From Promethearchaeota archaeon (lineage in GTDB: Archaea; Asgardarchaeota; Lokiarchaeia; Sigyniarchaeales; SOKP01), in assembly GCA_048941265.1 (NCBI GenBank), contig JBHLNT010000006.1, forward strand, positions 12,933 through 76,932: a stretch of 64,000 nt of DNA. Direction: 5' to 3'. Under the pieces are notes generated by a model, which was not told where the DNA came from, did no database searches, and saw only the letters and a list, made by a program, of their open reading frames with translations. Shown in pieces: positions 10,818 to 20,531 of this stretch. The position numbers and the translations under genes were made by a program. Within the stretch, counting starts at the first letter, position 1. Every line of letters begins with the position of its first letter.

Positions 10818-12035
10818 ATGAGTTTACCATTAGAGAATATTACAGTTTTAGATCTAACAAGAATGCTACCAGGACCTTATTGTACAATGATTTTAGGAGA
10901 TTTAGGAGCAAATATCATCCGCGTAGAAGATCCTAAATATCCATATGCAAATCCTCCTCCTTTCTTTCAAAAAGGAAGATATCGCGAGAGCGCATTCAAT
11001 TCTATCATTATGAGAAACAAAAAATCTATAACTCTTAATCTAAAAAAAGAGAAAGCTAGAGAAATTTTCTACGAATTGGTAAAACAAGCGGATGTAGTTT
11101 TAGATACATTTCGTCCAAAAGTTACAAATAAATTAAAAATAGATTATGATACTCTTTCTTCAATAAATCCATCAATTATTTGTTGTTCTTTGACCGGATA
11201 TGGTCAAAATGGCCCCTATGAACAAATAGCGGGACATGATTTAAATTATATTGGAATTTGTGGAATTCTGGATTTAAATAGAGAAAGAACCAAATTTGGT
11301 ATGGAAAATCAAGAAAGACCACCAATAGTTCCAGGCATTCAAGCGGCAGATATTGGAGGAGGATTAGTTACAACAATTGGTATTCTTGGTGCGCTTATGG
11401 AAAGGGAGAAAAATCCCGAAAAAAGAGGGCAATATTTAGACATTTCAATGACAGATTGTGTTTTTTCTTTTATGCCAATGGCAGCAGCATTTCATATTAG
11501 TAAAAATTTAAATGATGGAGATATAAAACCTTTAAACCCCTTACATGGTGAGCTTCCACTATATTCCGTTTTTAAAACAAAAGATAATAAATATTTATCT
11601 GTCGGAGCAATAGAATTAAAGTTTCGGCGTGAAGTATTTAAGGGTATAGGGCGCGATGATTTAATTCCTAAAGGAAATCCTATAGATGAGGAGAAGGAGT
11701 ATGTATATCAGGAAATGCAGAAAGAATTTCTAAAGAAAACTCAAGAAGAATGGATGAAGATTTTCATAAATTTAGATGCATGTGTTATGCCAATTCATTC
11801 TTTTGAAAAGGCATGTGAAGATCCTCAAATTAAGGCACGTAACATGGTTGTTAAAATAAAACATCCAAAATTCGGTGAAGTTCAAAATATAGCTTCTCCT
11901 ATTAAAATGTCGAGAACACCACTTACAATTAGAACTTTAGCTCCAAAAGTAGGACAACACACTAAGGAAATTTTAGCAAATCTCAACTATTCTGCAGAAG
12001 ATTACAGAGATTTTAGAAGAAAGGGGATAATTTAA
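10818..12035 (+). CDS. CaiB/BaiF family (class III) CoA-transferase
   Basis: LDLTRMLPGPYCTMILGDLGA, RNKKSITLNLK, GYGQNGPY, GHDLNY, ADIGGG, C-terminal APKVGQHT. Confidence 0.94.
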   Translation: MSLPLENITVLDLTRMLPGPYCTMILGDLGANIIRVEDPKYPYANPPPFFQKGRYRESAFNSIIMRNKKSITLNLKKEKAREIFYELVKQADVVLDTFRPKVTNKLKIDYDTLSSINPSIICCSLTGYGQNGPYEQIAGHDLNYIGICGILDLNRERTKFGMENQERPPIVPGIQAADIGGGLVTTIGILGALMEREKNPEKRGQYLDISMTDCVFSFMPMAAAFHISKNLNDGDIKPLNPLHGELPLYSVFKTKDNKYLSVGAIELKFRREVFKGIGRDDLIPKGNPIDEEKEYVYQEMQKEFLKKTQEEWMKIFINLDACVMPIHSFEKACEDPQIKARNMVVKIKHPKFGEVQNIASPIKMSRTPLTIRTLAPKVGQHTKEILANLNYSAEDYRDFRRKGII

Positions 12036-12063
12036 AATAAAGATACATCTTAGCAAATAAAAA

Positions 12064-13212
12064 ATGAATAATATAGTAGGAATAATAAAATCAACTATTG
12101 AAGAATGTTCTTTTATAAAAATAAAGGAACTTCTTGAAATAATCAATTATAAACCTAAAAAGAATAAATTATTTTTAAAGCCAAATCTTGTAACAGATGA
12201 ATCTGGTGAATCCGGTGTAATTACTCATCCAAAAGTTATTGAGTCAGTTTGCGATTATTTTTTAAATTTAGGTTATGATAATATCGTTATAGGAGAAGGT
12301 TCGGCGTTTTTTTATAAACCTCATCATTGGGAATATATACTAAAATCATGCAATTATGAGTATTTAAAAAAAAAGCCAGAAATAAAAATATTAAACTTAG
12401 AAGAAAAAAATATCGAAAGAGAAAATTATCATTGGAAATATGGAAAATTAAAACTTCCAAAAATTATCAAGACGCATGAATATATAAACATCCCAACAAT
12501 GAAAACTCATTATCAAACCCAGGTTTCACTAGGATGTAAAAATCAAAAGGGATTATTATTAATAAAAGATAAAAGAATGTTCCATAAAAAAAATCTAAAT
12601 GATTATATTTTAGAACTAAATAAAATATTGAGACCTGACTTAACAATTATGGATGCTATATATTGTATTGAAGGTAATGGACCAGCAAAAAATCCTATGA
12701 GTTATAGTTTAGAACTGAACTTATTATTAGCATCCACGAATACTATTGCACTAGATAATGCTTGCTGTGAAATAATGGGTTTTGATATTGAAAAAATTCC
12801 TTATATTCCAAAAGTTAAGTTTCGATCCAAAGGAGTTGCAATTGAAAAGGTTAAAAGAAGTTTTAAGCAACCTACTTGGATAACTTATTTTGATAATATC
12901 GGCCGATATATGGCAGAAAAAGCATGTTCTGGTTGTCAGATTGCACATTCTCAGATGATGCGAAAAATTAATTTTAACGAAGAATTAAATAAGAAATTGG
13001 ATAATTTAAAGAATAGGTATCAAAATATTTATTTAGTTTATGGCGAAAATCCAGATCTGAACGAAATCTCTCTAGTTGATGATATTAAAATCATGTGTCT
13101 TGGAAATTGCGTTAAAAAATTTGCAAAAAAGAATAATTTTCCGTGGATAGCAGGATGTCCACCAGATTATCATAAAATGATAGCATTTCTTTTAGAAGAA
13201 GTAATGCAATAA
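12064..13212 (+). CDS. DUF362 domain protein with C-terminal Cys cluster (probable Fe-S)
   Basis: LKPNLV, THPKV, PTMKTH, SLGCKNQKG, EGNGP; C-terminal CSGC, GNC and GCPP. Confidence 0.85.
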   Translation: MNNIVGIIKSTIEECSFIKIKELLEIINYKPKKNKLFLKPNLVTDESGESGVITHPKVIESVCDYFLNLGYDNIVIGEGSAFFYKPHHWEYILKSCNYEYLKKKPEIKILNLEEKNIERENYHWKYGKLKLPKIIKTHEYINIPTMKTHYQTQVSLGCKNQKGLLLIKDKRMFHKKNLNDYILELNKILRPDLTIMDAIYCIEGNGPAKNPMSYSLELNLLLASTNTIALDNACCEIMGFDIEKIPYIPKVKFRSKGVAIEKVKRSFKQPTWITYFDNIGRYMAEKACSGCQIAHSQMMRKINFNEELNKKLDNLKNRYQNIYLVYGENPDLNEISLVDDIKIMCLGNCVKKFAKKNNFPWIAGCPPDYHKMIAFLLEEVMQ

Positions 13213-13237
13213 CAAATTAATTTTATTTTTAGGGATA

Positions 13238-13774
13238 ATGGGAGTGATATTATTTTCAATGGAGAATGAAATCAAAAAATTAAAGGAAATAGTCGAATCT
13301 AATCCAAATAATATTAATGCTTGGATTAATCTGGCTCAAGTCTATTATAATAATGGTGATATAGATAAATCTATAGATTCTTTTAAAGTAGCTCTTGAAA
13401 TTGAACCTAAAAATGCTCTTATAATGCAAAATCTTGGTTATCTATACAACGAAAAAGGTGAATATGTTGAAGCGATATTAATTTTGAAAAAAGCTTTGGA
13501 AATTGACCCAAATTTATCTATTGCATCAACAGAACTTAGTTTCTCTTATCTTGAAATAGGTGATTTTGAAAACACTATAAAAACTTGTAAAAATGCTTTG
13601 AAAATTAATCCTAAAGATGAAGTGGCATGGACAAATTTAGGATCTGCTTACTATAATCAGAAAAATTATGATAAAGCAATCGAAGCATTGAAAAAAGCTT
13701 TAAATATTATTCCTAATTTAGAGTTTGCACAAAAGGTTTTAGACTTAGCAGAAAAAGCTAAAAAAGAAAATTAG
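13238..13774 (+). CDS. tetratricopeptide repeat protein
   Basis: About four 34-aa repeats (AWINLAQVYY...ALEIEP; AWTNLGSAYY...ALNIIP). Confidence 0.92.
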   Translation: MGVILFSMENEIKKLKEIVESNPNNINAWINLAQVYYNNGDIDKSIDSFKVALEIEPKNALIMQNLGYLYNEKGEYVEAILILKKALEIDPNLSIASTELSFSYLEIGDFENTIKTCKNALKINPKDEVAWTNLGSAYYNQKNYDKAIEALKKALNIIPNLEFAQKVLDLAEKAKKEN

Positions 13775-13871
13775 AGATTGTAAGTTTAAAAACATTTATT
13801 TAAGAATTCTATTATATAATTCTAAATAACACTAAATTTTCTAATTAAAAATATTATTCCATTTTTTTAAG

Positions 13872-15425
13872 ATGTCAGAAGAATTTAAAAATAAGAATAT
13901 TAATGAGAGAAATGATGATAATAATCAAGAATCGCAGAACTTAGAGAACCATGCCAAACAAATTAATAAAGAAGAAATAACAGATAAATCCGTTATAGTT
14001 AAAGCCGAAGCTTATAAAACTATAATTTTATATGCAAGTCGATATGCTAATAAAGTAATTCCCCCTAAAGATTGGAGAGAAATATATGGAATCTTAATTG
14101 GGTATGCTGACGACAATTTTGTATATGTAGAAAAAGCTGAAGCTTTAACATATGGTCATTCCACAGATGTTCAATTAGATGAAAAGCATTATGGTTTTAT
14201 TGAACAAATTCAAGAAAAATTAGAAAGAAATGAGGCAACAAAAGGATACTATATGATTGGATGGTTTCATTCACATCCGGGTTTAGGACTCTTTTTCTCA
14301 TATATTGATCTTATTAATCAACTAGGTTTTCAAGCGAGGAATGATGATTTTTGTGGATTAGTCTTTGATCACACTCTTTTAGGAAAAAAAAAGGAAGAAA
14401 TCTTAGAAGGTACTAAACATAAAATTACGAAATATGATACCGGATTTGAAATTTATAGAATAACTGATGTAAATATGGATATCAATGAATCTCAATTTGA
14501 TAATAATTATCATAAAGTAGAATATATTGTAGATGGATTGAATAAATTCTTTTTTGCTAATGTTTTATCAGAACTTTCAGCGTTAGTTTCTGCTGGAAAA
14601 CCATTACAATCTGCTTACGGTGAACATTATGAGCTTAACTCTTACGATGAGAAAGTTGAAATCAAAAAAGAAGATTTAGTTAAGATACCCATTTCAGATG
14701 ATATTGAGTTTGATGTTGATGATTTTTTTTATGGTGAAATTAGTAAAAAAGGTAAGAAGATAACTCAAATAAAGGAGGAAGCTGAACAATTTATTTTTGA
14801 AGGAAATCAAGCTTTTGAAGAAAAAAATACGTTTATGGGTGTGGAAAAATACCAACAAGGAATAAAAATATTTAAAGAAATTAAAGATTTTGATCGTGTT
14901 TTCGCATTACTAAGGAATTTATCAGAGTATTGCATATCCTCTTATCATCACGTTTTAGCTAAGAATTTTGCAACAGAATTATATAGTTTATCCGAGAAAT
15001 TTAATAACTTATTTTATCGAGCAGAAGCAAATTATTTAATCGGATATATTGCTCTGAAAGAAGGAGAAGCTGAAAATTTGGAATCAGCATTAAAAAAAAT
15101 CCAAAAAGCCTCAATTGATTATGAAAAAGCGGGTGATTTTGCAGGTGCAGGAAAATGTTATCATAGAATTGGTACAATTTATCATACTCGCTTAAATAAA
15201 CTTTTTAATGCTTCTCTTTTTTATGAACAAGCAATTAGAAGCTTTAATGAAGCTTTACTTAAAGCTCATCCTTTGCGTACTTCAATATGGAGCAAATCAG
15301 AACTACTTTCTGAGAAAATAATAGAATTAAGAGATATCGTTGAAGAATTAATACCTAAAATCGAAGATCCGAAAGAGAGAAGGAAAATAAAAGAGGATCT
15401 AAGTTCAATTCGTTTGAATTTCTAG
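13872..15425 (+). CDS. JAB1/MPN+ (JAMM) metalloprotease domain fused to a TPR/SNAP-like helical domain
   Basis: EIYGILIG and GWFHSHPGLGLFFSYID give an intact E...HxH-x7-S-x2-D motif; the C-terminal half has TPR-like helices. Confidence 0.85.
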   Translation: MSEEFKNKNINERNDDNNQESQNLENHAKQINKEEITDKSVIVKAEAYKTIILYASRYANKVIPPKDWREIYGILIGYADDNFVYVEKAEALTYGHSTDVQLDEKHYGFIEQIQEKLERNEATKGYYMIGWFHSHPGLGLFFSYIDLINQLGFQARNDDFCGLVFDHTLLGKKKEEILEGTKHKITKYDTGFEIYRITDVNMDINESQFDNNYHKVEYIVDGLNKFFFANVLSELSALVSAGKPLQSAYGEHYELNSYDEKVEIKKEDLVKIPISDDIEFDVDDFFYGEISKKGKKITQIKEEAEQFIFEGNQAFEEKNTFMGVEKYQQGIKIFKEIKDFDRVFALLRNLSEYCISSYHHVLAKNFATELYSLSEKFNNLFYRAEANYLIGYIALKEGEAENLESALKKIQKASIDYEKAGDFAGAGKCYHRIGTIYHTRLNKLFNASLFYEQAIRSFNEALLKAHPLRTSIWSKSELLSEKIIELRDIVEELIPKIEDPKERRKIKEDLSSIRLNF

Positions 15426-15509
15426 ATCTTTCTTGGACTAATCTTAAATCGTAAAAAATAAATGTTAAGGGAAATTATATAACTTACTCTTTTTAGTGGT
15501 GAGTATACA

Positions 15510-16235
15510 ATACCTAGACGAAAACAAAAAGTTAAGTATTCTCGTAAACTTGCGTGTCAACATCTTAAACCTAAAGGTGATATCTCTAACAGTTTACAAC
15601 CTTTATGTTATTGCCCTGAGAGGGATTTGGTACTTGGAACCAGAGCATATGTTTGCCAAGTGTGTTTTCTATATAATCCTCGATCAAATGTTTCGATATC
15701 AGAAATTTATGCTGAAAGCAAAAAAACTGCGGAAAAACAAATTAAAGAGAAAAAATTGGAATTAGCAGAAATTGAAGATATAGAATTAGAAGAAGACGTA
15801 GATTTATCAATCGATGAATTCGAGGAAGAAGAAGAAATTCAAGAAAAATTCGAAAAAAGAAAGGCCGGGAAAGCTGATGTAGAAGATGGTGAAGATGAAT
15901 TTGCTGAAGTTGAATGTCCTTTCTGTGGTGAATTATTTGATGATCTCGCATCACATCTTCGGGAATGTGAATTCGCACCAGAAGATGTTAGTATAGATGA
16001 ATATTTACCTTCGAAACCAAAAAAACGAAAAAAGAAAAAAGGCAGTGGTACAGAAAAAAGTGAAAAACCGGAAAAAGTAAGTGAGAAAGAATCTAAAGAT
16101 AAGAAAATTTGTCCATACTGCGGAAAAGAATTTGTTAGGCTTGGTCGTCACTTGAAAGCTTGTTCAAAAAGACCAGATGATGCTGATGATGAGAAAGAAG
16201 CAAAATTCTTGAGTGGAGAACTTGATTCTATTTAA
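15510..16235 (+). CDS. multi zinc-finger protein with acidic linker and Lys-rich tract; start extended to ATA at 15510
   Basis: Frame of ORF 15627 is open back to a TAA at 15480 with no ATG/GTG/TTG; ATA-CCT-AGA (MPRRKQK) follows GGTGAG. N-terminal Cys cluster (C..H, CYC, CQVC) and two C-x2-C-x9-H-x3-C fingers. Confidence 0.75.
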   Translation: MPRRKQKVKYSRKLACQHLKPKGDISNSLQPLCYCPERDLVLGTRAYVCQVCFLYNPRSNVSISEIYAESKKTAEKQIKEKKLELAEIEDIELEEDVDLSIDEFEEEEEIQEKFEKRKAGKADVEDGEDEFAEVECPFCGELFDDLASHLRECEFAPEDVSIDEYLPSKPKKRKKKKGSGTEKSEKPEKVSEKESKDKKICPYCGKEFVRLGRHLKACSKRPDDADDEKEAKFLSGELDSI

Positions 16236-16262
16236 AACTCATTTATTCTTTAAATATAGGTT

Positions 16263-17180
16263 ATGAGAGAAAAAATATATTATTGTGAGCCAGTATTTAG
16301 ACCACCCTCAGAAGCCTATTCATTACTTATCCAACTAACTGAAGGATGCACTTTTAAATGTGATTTTTGCATGTCAAATCTTCGAAAACGATTTCTCGTT
16401 AGAGAAGTTGAAGAAGTTAAAATAGATCTTAATATTGCTAAAAAAATATATGGTCATAGAGTAAAAAAGATTTTCTTTCTTGATGGCAATGCAATGGTAA
16501 CTCCTGCAGAAAAATTACTTGAAGTCACAAAATACGCTAAAAAGTTATTTCCTAATCTTGAAAGATGTGCTGTTTATGCTCATGCCAAAGATATTCTTAA
16601 AAAATCAGATGAGCAGTTAAGAGAATTATCTGATGCGGGACTAAAAATGGCTTATGTAGGATTTGAATCAGGATATAATAAGCTTTTAAAAGCTGTAAAT
16701 AAGCATGCAACCAAAGAGGATTATATAGATGCTTCTAAAAAGCTCTTCAACGCAGATATTACCCTTTCTGCAACATTAATTAACGGGCTTGGAGGTGCTG
16801 AAAATCCAATACTATCAGAAATGCATGCGAAAGAATCTGCTGATCTAATCAATACGATATGCCCTTCTGACGATAGAAAATGGTATATAGCCTTTCTTAC
16901 ATTAATGATACCTCAAGGAACCGAAATTTACAGGAAAAAAGCGAAGGGATCGTTCAAAGAAATGAACCAATTTGATATATTGTTGGAATTAAAAATATTC
17001 ATGCAAAATATCGGATTTGAAAATAAAACTGCAAACTGTATTTTTCGCTCGAATCATGCTTCAAATTATTTACCTATTAAAGGAATTTTAGATAGAGATA
17101 AAGATAAAATTATATCTACCCTCAATTATGGATTAACTCATCCCGAAGTAATGAGGCCAGAATTTTATAGAGGATTATAG
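16263..17180 (+). CDS. radical SAM protein
   Basis: FRPPSEAYS, CTFKCDFC, YVGFESG, FRSNHASNYL. Confidence 0.9.
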   Translation: MREKIYYCEPVFRPPSEAYSLLIQLTEGCTFKCDFCMSNLRKRFLVREVEEVKIDLNIAKKIYGHRVKKIFFLDGNAMVTPAEKLLEVTKYAKKLFPNLERCAVYAHAKDILKKSDEQLRELSDAGLKMAYVGFESGYNKLLKAVNKHATKEDYIDASKKLFNADITLSATLINGLGGAENPILSEMHAKESADLINTICPSDDRKWYIAFLTLMIPQGTEIYRKKAKGSFKEMNQFDILLELKIFMQNIGFENKTANCIFRSNHASNYLPIKGILDRDKDKIISTLNYGLTHPEVMRPEFYRGL

Positions 17181-17259
17181 GAAAATTATTATTAAATGTT
17201 TCAAGGTTGAGTATCTTATTTTAAAACTTAGAAAATTTTAATATATTTAAATATTAATA

Positions 17260-17892
17260 TTGATCATGAGCTCTATAATAACCTTAATTGTTGGCTCTCC
17301 AAGAAAAAATAGGAGTTGCAATTATTTAATTGACAAAGCAATTGAAGGGATAAAGTCAATAAGCGGGGAATTTGAAATAAAAAAGGTCCAAATTGCGGAT
17401 TATCATATATCTCCTTGTAATGGTTGCGATCAATGTTTAAGACCTCCTAACGATTGTCCTTTGTCAGAATACGACGATACAAAAAAATTAGAAGAACAAA
17501 TATTAGGATCGTCAGCTCTGTTAATAGCTGCCCCAAATTACTTTGGTTCAGTTAGTTCCCAAATAAAAGTACTGATTGATCGTTCAAGACCATGGAAAAT
17601 GAAAAATTATTTATTAAAAGATATGATTTTTGCACCAATGGCTTCTACAGGTCTTAGAAATGGGGGAGAAGGAGTGATTTCTGATTTAATCAATTTTGCT
17701 CTTATTCAAGGGATGATAATTGTAGGAAATGCACTCGGAAGCCCAGTTCTTGAAGGTAATATCCCGATTACTAGTCTTCAGAAATATAATATAAAAGAGT
17801 TTATAGGAAAAGGAGAAGTAGACGAATTAGCGGGAAAAATTGCTTTTGACCTAGGTAAAAGAATTGCTGAGCTACTAAAAAAAATGAAATAG
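17260..17892 (+). CDS. iron-sulfur flavoprotein (flavodoxin-like fold)
   Basis: GSPRK, C-x2-C-x2-C-x6-C (CNGCDQC...DC), APNYFGSVS, IDRS. Confidence 0.9.
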   Translation: MIMSSIITLIVGSPRKNRSCNYLIDKAIEGIKSISGEFEIKKVQIADYHISPCNGCDQCLRPPNDCPLSEYDDTKKLEEQILGSSALLIAAPNYFGSVSSQIKVLIDRSRPWKMKNYLLKDMIFAPMASTGLRNGGEGVISDLINFALIQGMIIVGNALGSPVLEGNIPITSLQKYNIKEFIGKGEVDELAGKIAFDLGKRIAELLKKMK

Positions 17893-17947
17893 TGAAAATT
17901 AAAAAGAAAAAATATTTTTAAATAAATTTTTTAATTTTATTTATCCT

Positions 17948-18265
17948 TTACTCATTATCATGGAAATCTATGCTACTCTTTGATTCTTCAGTATCTCTCT
18001 CTGATCCTTCTTTGGTGTATACCCCAATATATTTCTCTCCGGGCCATTTTGTATTTACAATAATGCCAGATATAACTAAAATAGCAAAGATCACAAAATA
18101 TGGAATTAAACTACCAGTAGGAAAAAATGACAAAAGAACGTCGACCCAAGATACCATCCAAGCACCAATAGGTGTAACAAAAGGTTGTAATACTCTTAAT
18201 ATTAATCCAATAATATCTGCTATAATTTGTAAAAATTCAATCCTCTCATATTCTTGGAACCACAT
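17948..18265 (-). CDS. small membrane protein
   Basis: Hydrophobic segments; last gene of a tightly spaced three-gene minus-strand unit. Confidence 0.65.
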   Translation of the reverse strand: MWFQEYERIEFLQIIADIIGLILRVLQPFVTPIGAWMVSWVDVLLSFFPTGSLIPYFVIFAILVISGIIVNTKWPGEKYIGVYTKEGSERDTEESKSSIDFHDNE

Positions 18266-18280
18266 TTAAATACCCTCCTT

Positions 18281-18799
18281 TTATTTTTTCCCTCTCTCAT
18301 ATTTAATTTTTTCTCGATTTACAACAAAATCAACAAGATCATATGCTTTTAAAATCACCGTTAAAAAGTAAATCCCCATATAAAGTAATATCATTTGCTG
18401 CAGATTTACTGTGATAATACCTAAATCCACTAATTCGAATTCTATTTCTAACGCTCCAGAAAATTTATAACTCCAAAGATATAAACAGTTTAAGATAATC
18501 TGGATTAATGCAAATACGCCCCGTCTTACGGATTGTTTGGGGGCAGAATATGCAAAAAACGCCGTCCCAGAGATGATAAGCCCAAAAGCCCAAACATAAA
18601 ACAATATTAGATTGACTTGATGTTTATAAGCCTGTAATTCAACCCCCTCAACATGAATCGTTTTTATCCAAGAAAAAGTCCAAAAAGGGATAAGTACAGT
18701 ACTAGTGAAATATATCGCAGCTATTAAGGTTCCTCTAATAATATTTTTAATTTTAGCATTCTCTAATTGCTTAATAACTCTATCCTTAGTAAAACTCAT
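18281..18799 (-). CDS. four-helix membrane protein
   Basis: Four hydrophobic segments; 3 nt from the upstream gene's stop. Confidence 0.75.
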   Translation of the reverse strand: MSFTKDRVIKQLENAKIKNIIRGTLIAAIYFTSTVLIPFWTFSWIKTIHVEGVELQAYKHQVNLILFYVWAFGLIISGTAFFAYSAPKQSVRRGVFALIQIILNCLYLWSYKFSGALEIEFELVDLGIITVNLQQMILLYMGIYFLTVILKAYDLVDFVVNREKIKYERGKK

Positions 18800-18802
18800 C
18801 TT

Positions 18803-19369
18803 TTATGTCACCTTCTCCTCAAATCCTCCTAAATCCATATCCTCTATATGTGCTTCAAATGAAATTAATCCCATGGAGTATTTAGCTGAGATATTTAATT
18901 CTTTTGCTTCAAAATCAAAAACGGGATCCCTTGTCAGATCTGCATTCAGAGCAATATCGGTAAAATTTATATATTCTATATCATCTTTATCGATGGAAAT
19001 TTTAAATTTTTTGCTCTCTCCAGCGGGGATGGTTGCAAACGACTTCTTATCTTCATAGAGTTTCACTCCGGTTGAAACATTTCCGCTAGCTGTAACTCGA
19101 TCATACACCAAATTTAATATTAACTCGACTTTTAGATCTTCCAAGTCAAAATACCCCAAATTATTAATTTCAAATTCAACGTTAATCTCAAACGTATTAG
19201 GATCAAGAAATGGATTTCCCTCGTAATCCACATCAACATTAATATTTTTTTCATTGGTTAATATGAGTGCCGCAGAATAGCCTCCTAAAAATGATACAAA
19301 TGACATTGATGAAGCTAATATAAAGAGGAAGATTCGAACAATTAATCGAAAGATTCTTTCTGGTCTCAT
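18803..19369 (-). CDS. membrane-anchored beta-sandwich (LEA_2-like) protein
   Basis: N-terminal TM helix then beta-rich domain with 'FEINNLGYFDLEDL' and 'TIPAGESK'. Confidence 0.65.
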   Translation of the reverse strand: MRPERIFRLIVRIFLFILASSMSFVSFLGGYSAALILTNEKNINVDVDYEGNPFLDPNTFEINVEFEINNLGYFDLEDLKVELILNLVYDRVTASGNVSTGVKLYEDKKSFATIPAGESKKFKISIDKDDIEYINFTDIALNADLTRDPVFDFEAKELNISAKYSMGLISFEAHIEDMDLGGFEEKVT

Positions 19370-19577
19370 AATTGTTCTCCTAAATTCTTTTTATAATTTT
19401 CATTTATTTTTATAAAATTTTATAGGTAAATATGATTAACACAATTATAGACTTTCATCTATTAAAATTTATATTTTTTCTAATTATTATAGAATGAATA
19501 TTTTGATGTTTATACCCAAATGATTTCGGTTAAAATATAATAGTAAATAATAAAAAAAATGGTGTTAAATAAAAAGA

Positions 19578-19632
19578 AAACGGACGCAACCGCAAATCAC
19601 TAATCTTCTAAAATTTATCAAGAATAGTTCAT
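19578..19632 (-). promoter_or_regulatory. SECIS-like element 1 (eukaryote-type core) plus conserved 3' mini-hairpin
   Basis: RNA: AUGA-A-CUAUUCUU-GAUAAAUUUUAG-AAGAUUAG-U-GAU-UU-GCGG-UUGCGU-CCGU-UU; begins 14 nt after the stop of the UGA-containing gene 19647..20009. Confidence 0.8.
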
Positions 19633-19646
19633 TTTTTTAAAAAAAT

Positions 19647-20009
19647 TTATGATTTTTCTATTTCCAATAAAAATGAGCCTTTATATTTGCCAAATAGTTT
19701 CCACGTTCTCGCGTTGATTTTAATATTGTTTGAATTGATTTCTAATTCATTTTTCAGATTTTTATCAATATACACTTCAAAACTATTAGTTCCAACATCG
19801 ATTTGTTTCCACTTTTCAAAATGCGAATTCTTAGCAATTTTAGGTTTCTCAATTAATTGAACGATATCACTGCAGAAAGTTCCAGATCAAGATCTCGTAA
19901 AATACCTATAAATAACAAGTACTAACTCATCTAATCCATCTTTTTTAAGATATTTATTTTGTTTTTCCTGCAGTAAATTAAAGGCTTCTTCTGAAATTTC
20001 TAAATTTAT
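19647..20009 (-). CDS. putative selenoprotein, HesB/IscA-like (U-x4-C), paralog A; absent from ORF track
   Basis: ATA start after GGGTGA; 120 aa: (M)NLEISEEAFNLLQEKQNKYLKKDGLDELVLVIYRYFTRS-U-SGTFCSDIVQLIEKPK...FEVYIDKNL...LLEIEKS. Single in-frame TGA at 19887-19889 aligns with Cys35 of 20132..20476. Confidence 0.8.
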
Positions 20010-20131
20010 AAATAATCACCCGTTCTTTATTCTATTATTGATTTGAATTGTTTTTTATATATAAATAAAGGAGAGTACTAAAAAAAATATGGTTTATATT
20101 TTAAAATTTCGAAAAAAAATTTATTTATAAT

Positions 20132-20476
20132 TTATCTTTTTTGCTCCTTTAAAATAAGAGAAACATATTCCTCATGAAATTTCTTAGTTATTTGTATATC
20201 TATCAAAATTTCTGCTTTTTCTGGAAAATCACTTAATATTCTCTTTTCAATATAAATAGGAACAATAATACCATAACCATCATCGACTTCTCCATATTTT
20301 TCATAGGATGATGGGTCAATTTTTTCTTCTTTAAAATTCAACTCAAGAAAATAATCTGAATATGAACCCGCACAAGCTTGTTTGCTAATTTGGTAAATAA
20401 TGATCACAGGTTTTTCATTCTTAACCTTAATATTTTCACGAAGATAATCAATTGCTTCTTTTGTTAAAGAAAACAT
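20132..20476 (-). CDS. Cys-containing HesB/IscA-like paralog B
   Basis: MFSLTKEAIDYL...IIIYQISKQA-C-AGSYSD...VPIYIEKRI; TGT at 20372-20374 occupies the UGA column of paralogs A and C; no AUGA core in its 3' UTR. Confidence 0.8.
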   Translation of the reverse strand: MFSLTKEAIDYLRENIKVKNEKPVIIIYQISKQACAGSYSDYFLELNFKEEKIDPSSYEKYGEVDDGYGIIVPIYIEKRILSDFPEKAEILIDIQITKKFHEEYVSLILKEQKR

Positions 20477-20531
20477 CTTAAAATTCTTTTATTTAAATTT
20501 ATTATATCTTTTTTTTTTTTGTTAATATATG

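Noticed and set aside
15496-15765. 89-aa ORF overlapping the zinc-finger gene
   Set aside because: Alternative frame; the extended zinc-finger frame from 15510 has a better SD context and a coherent Cys pattern.
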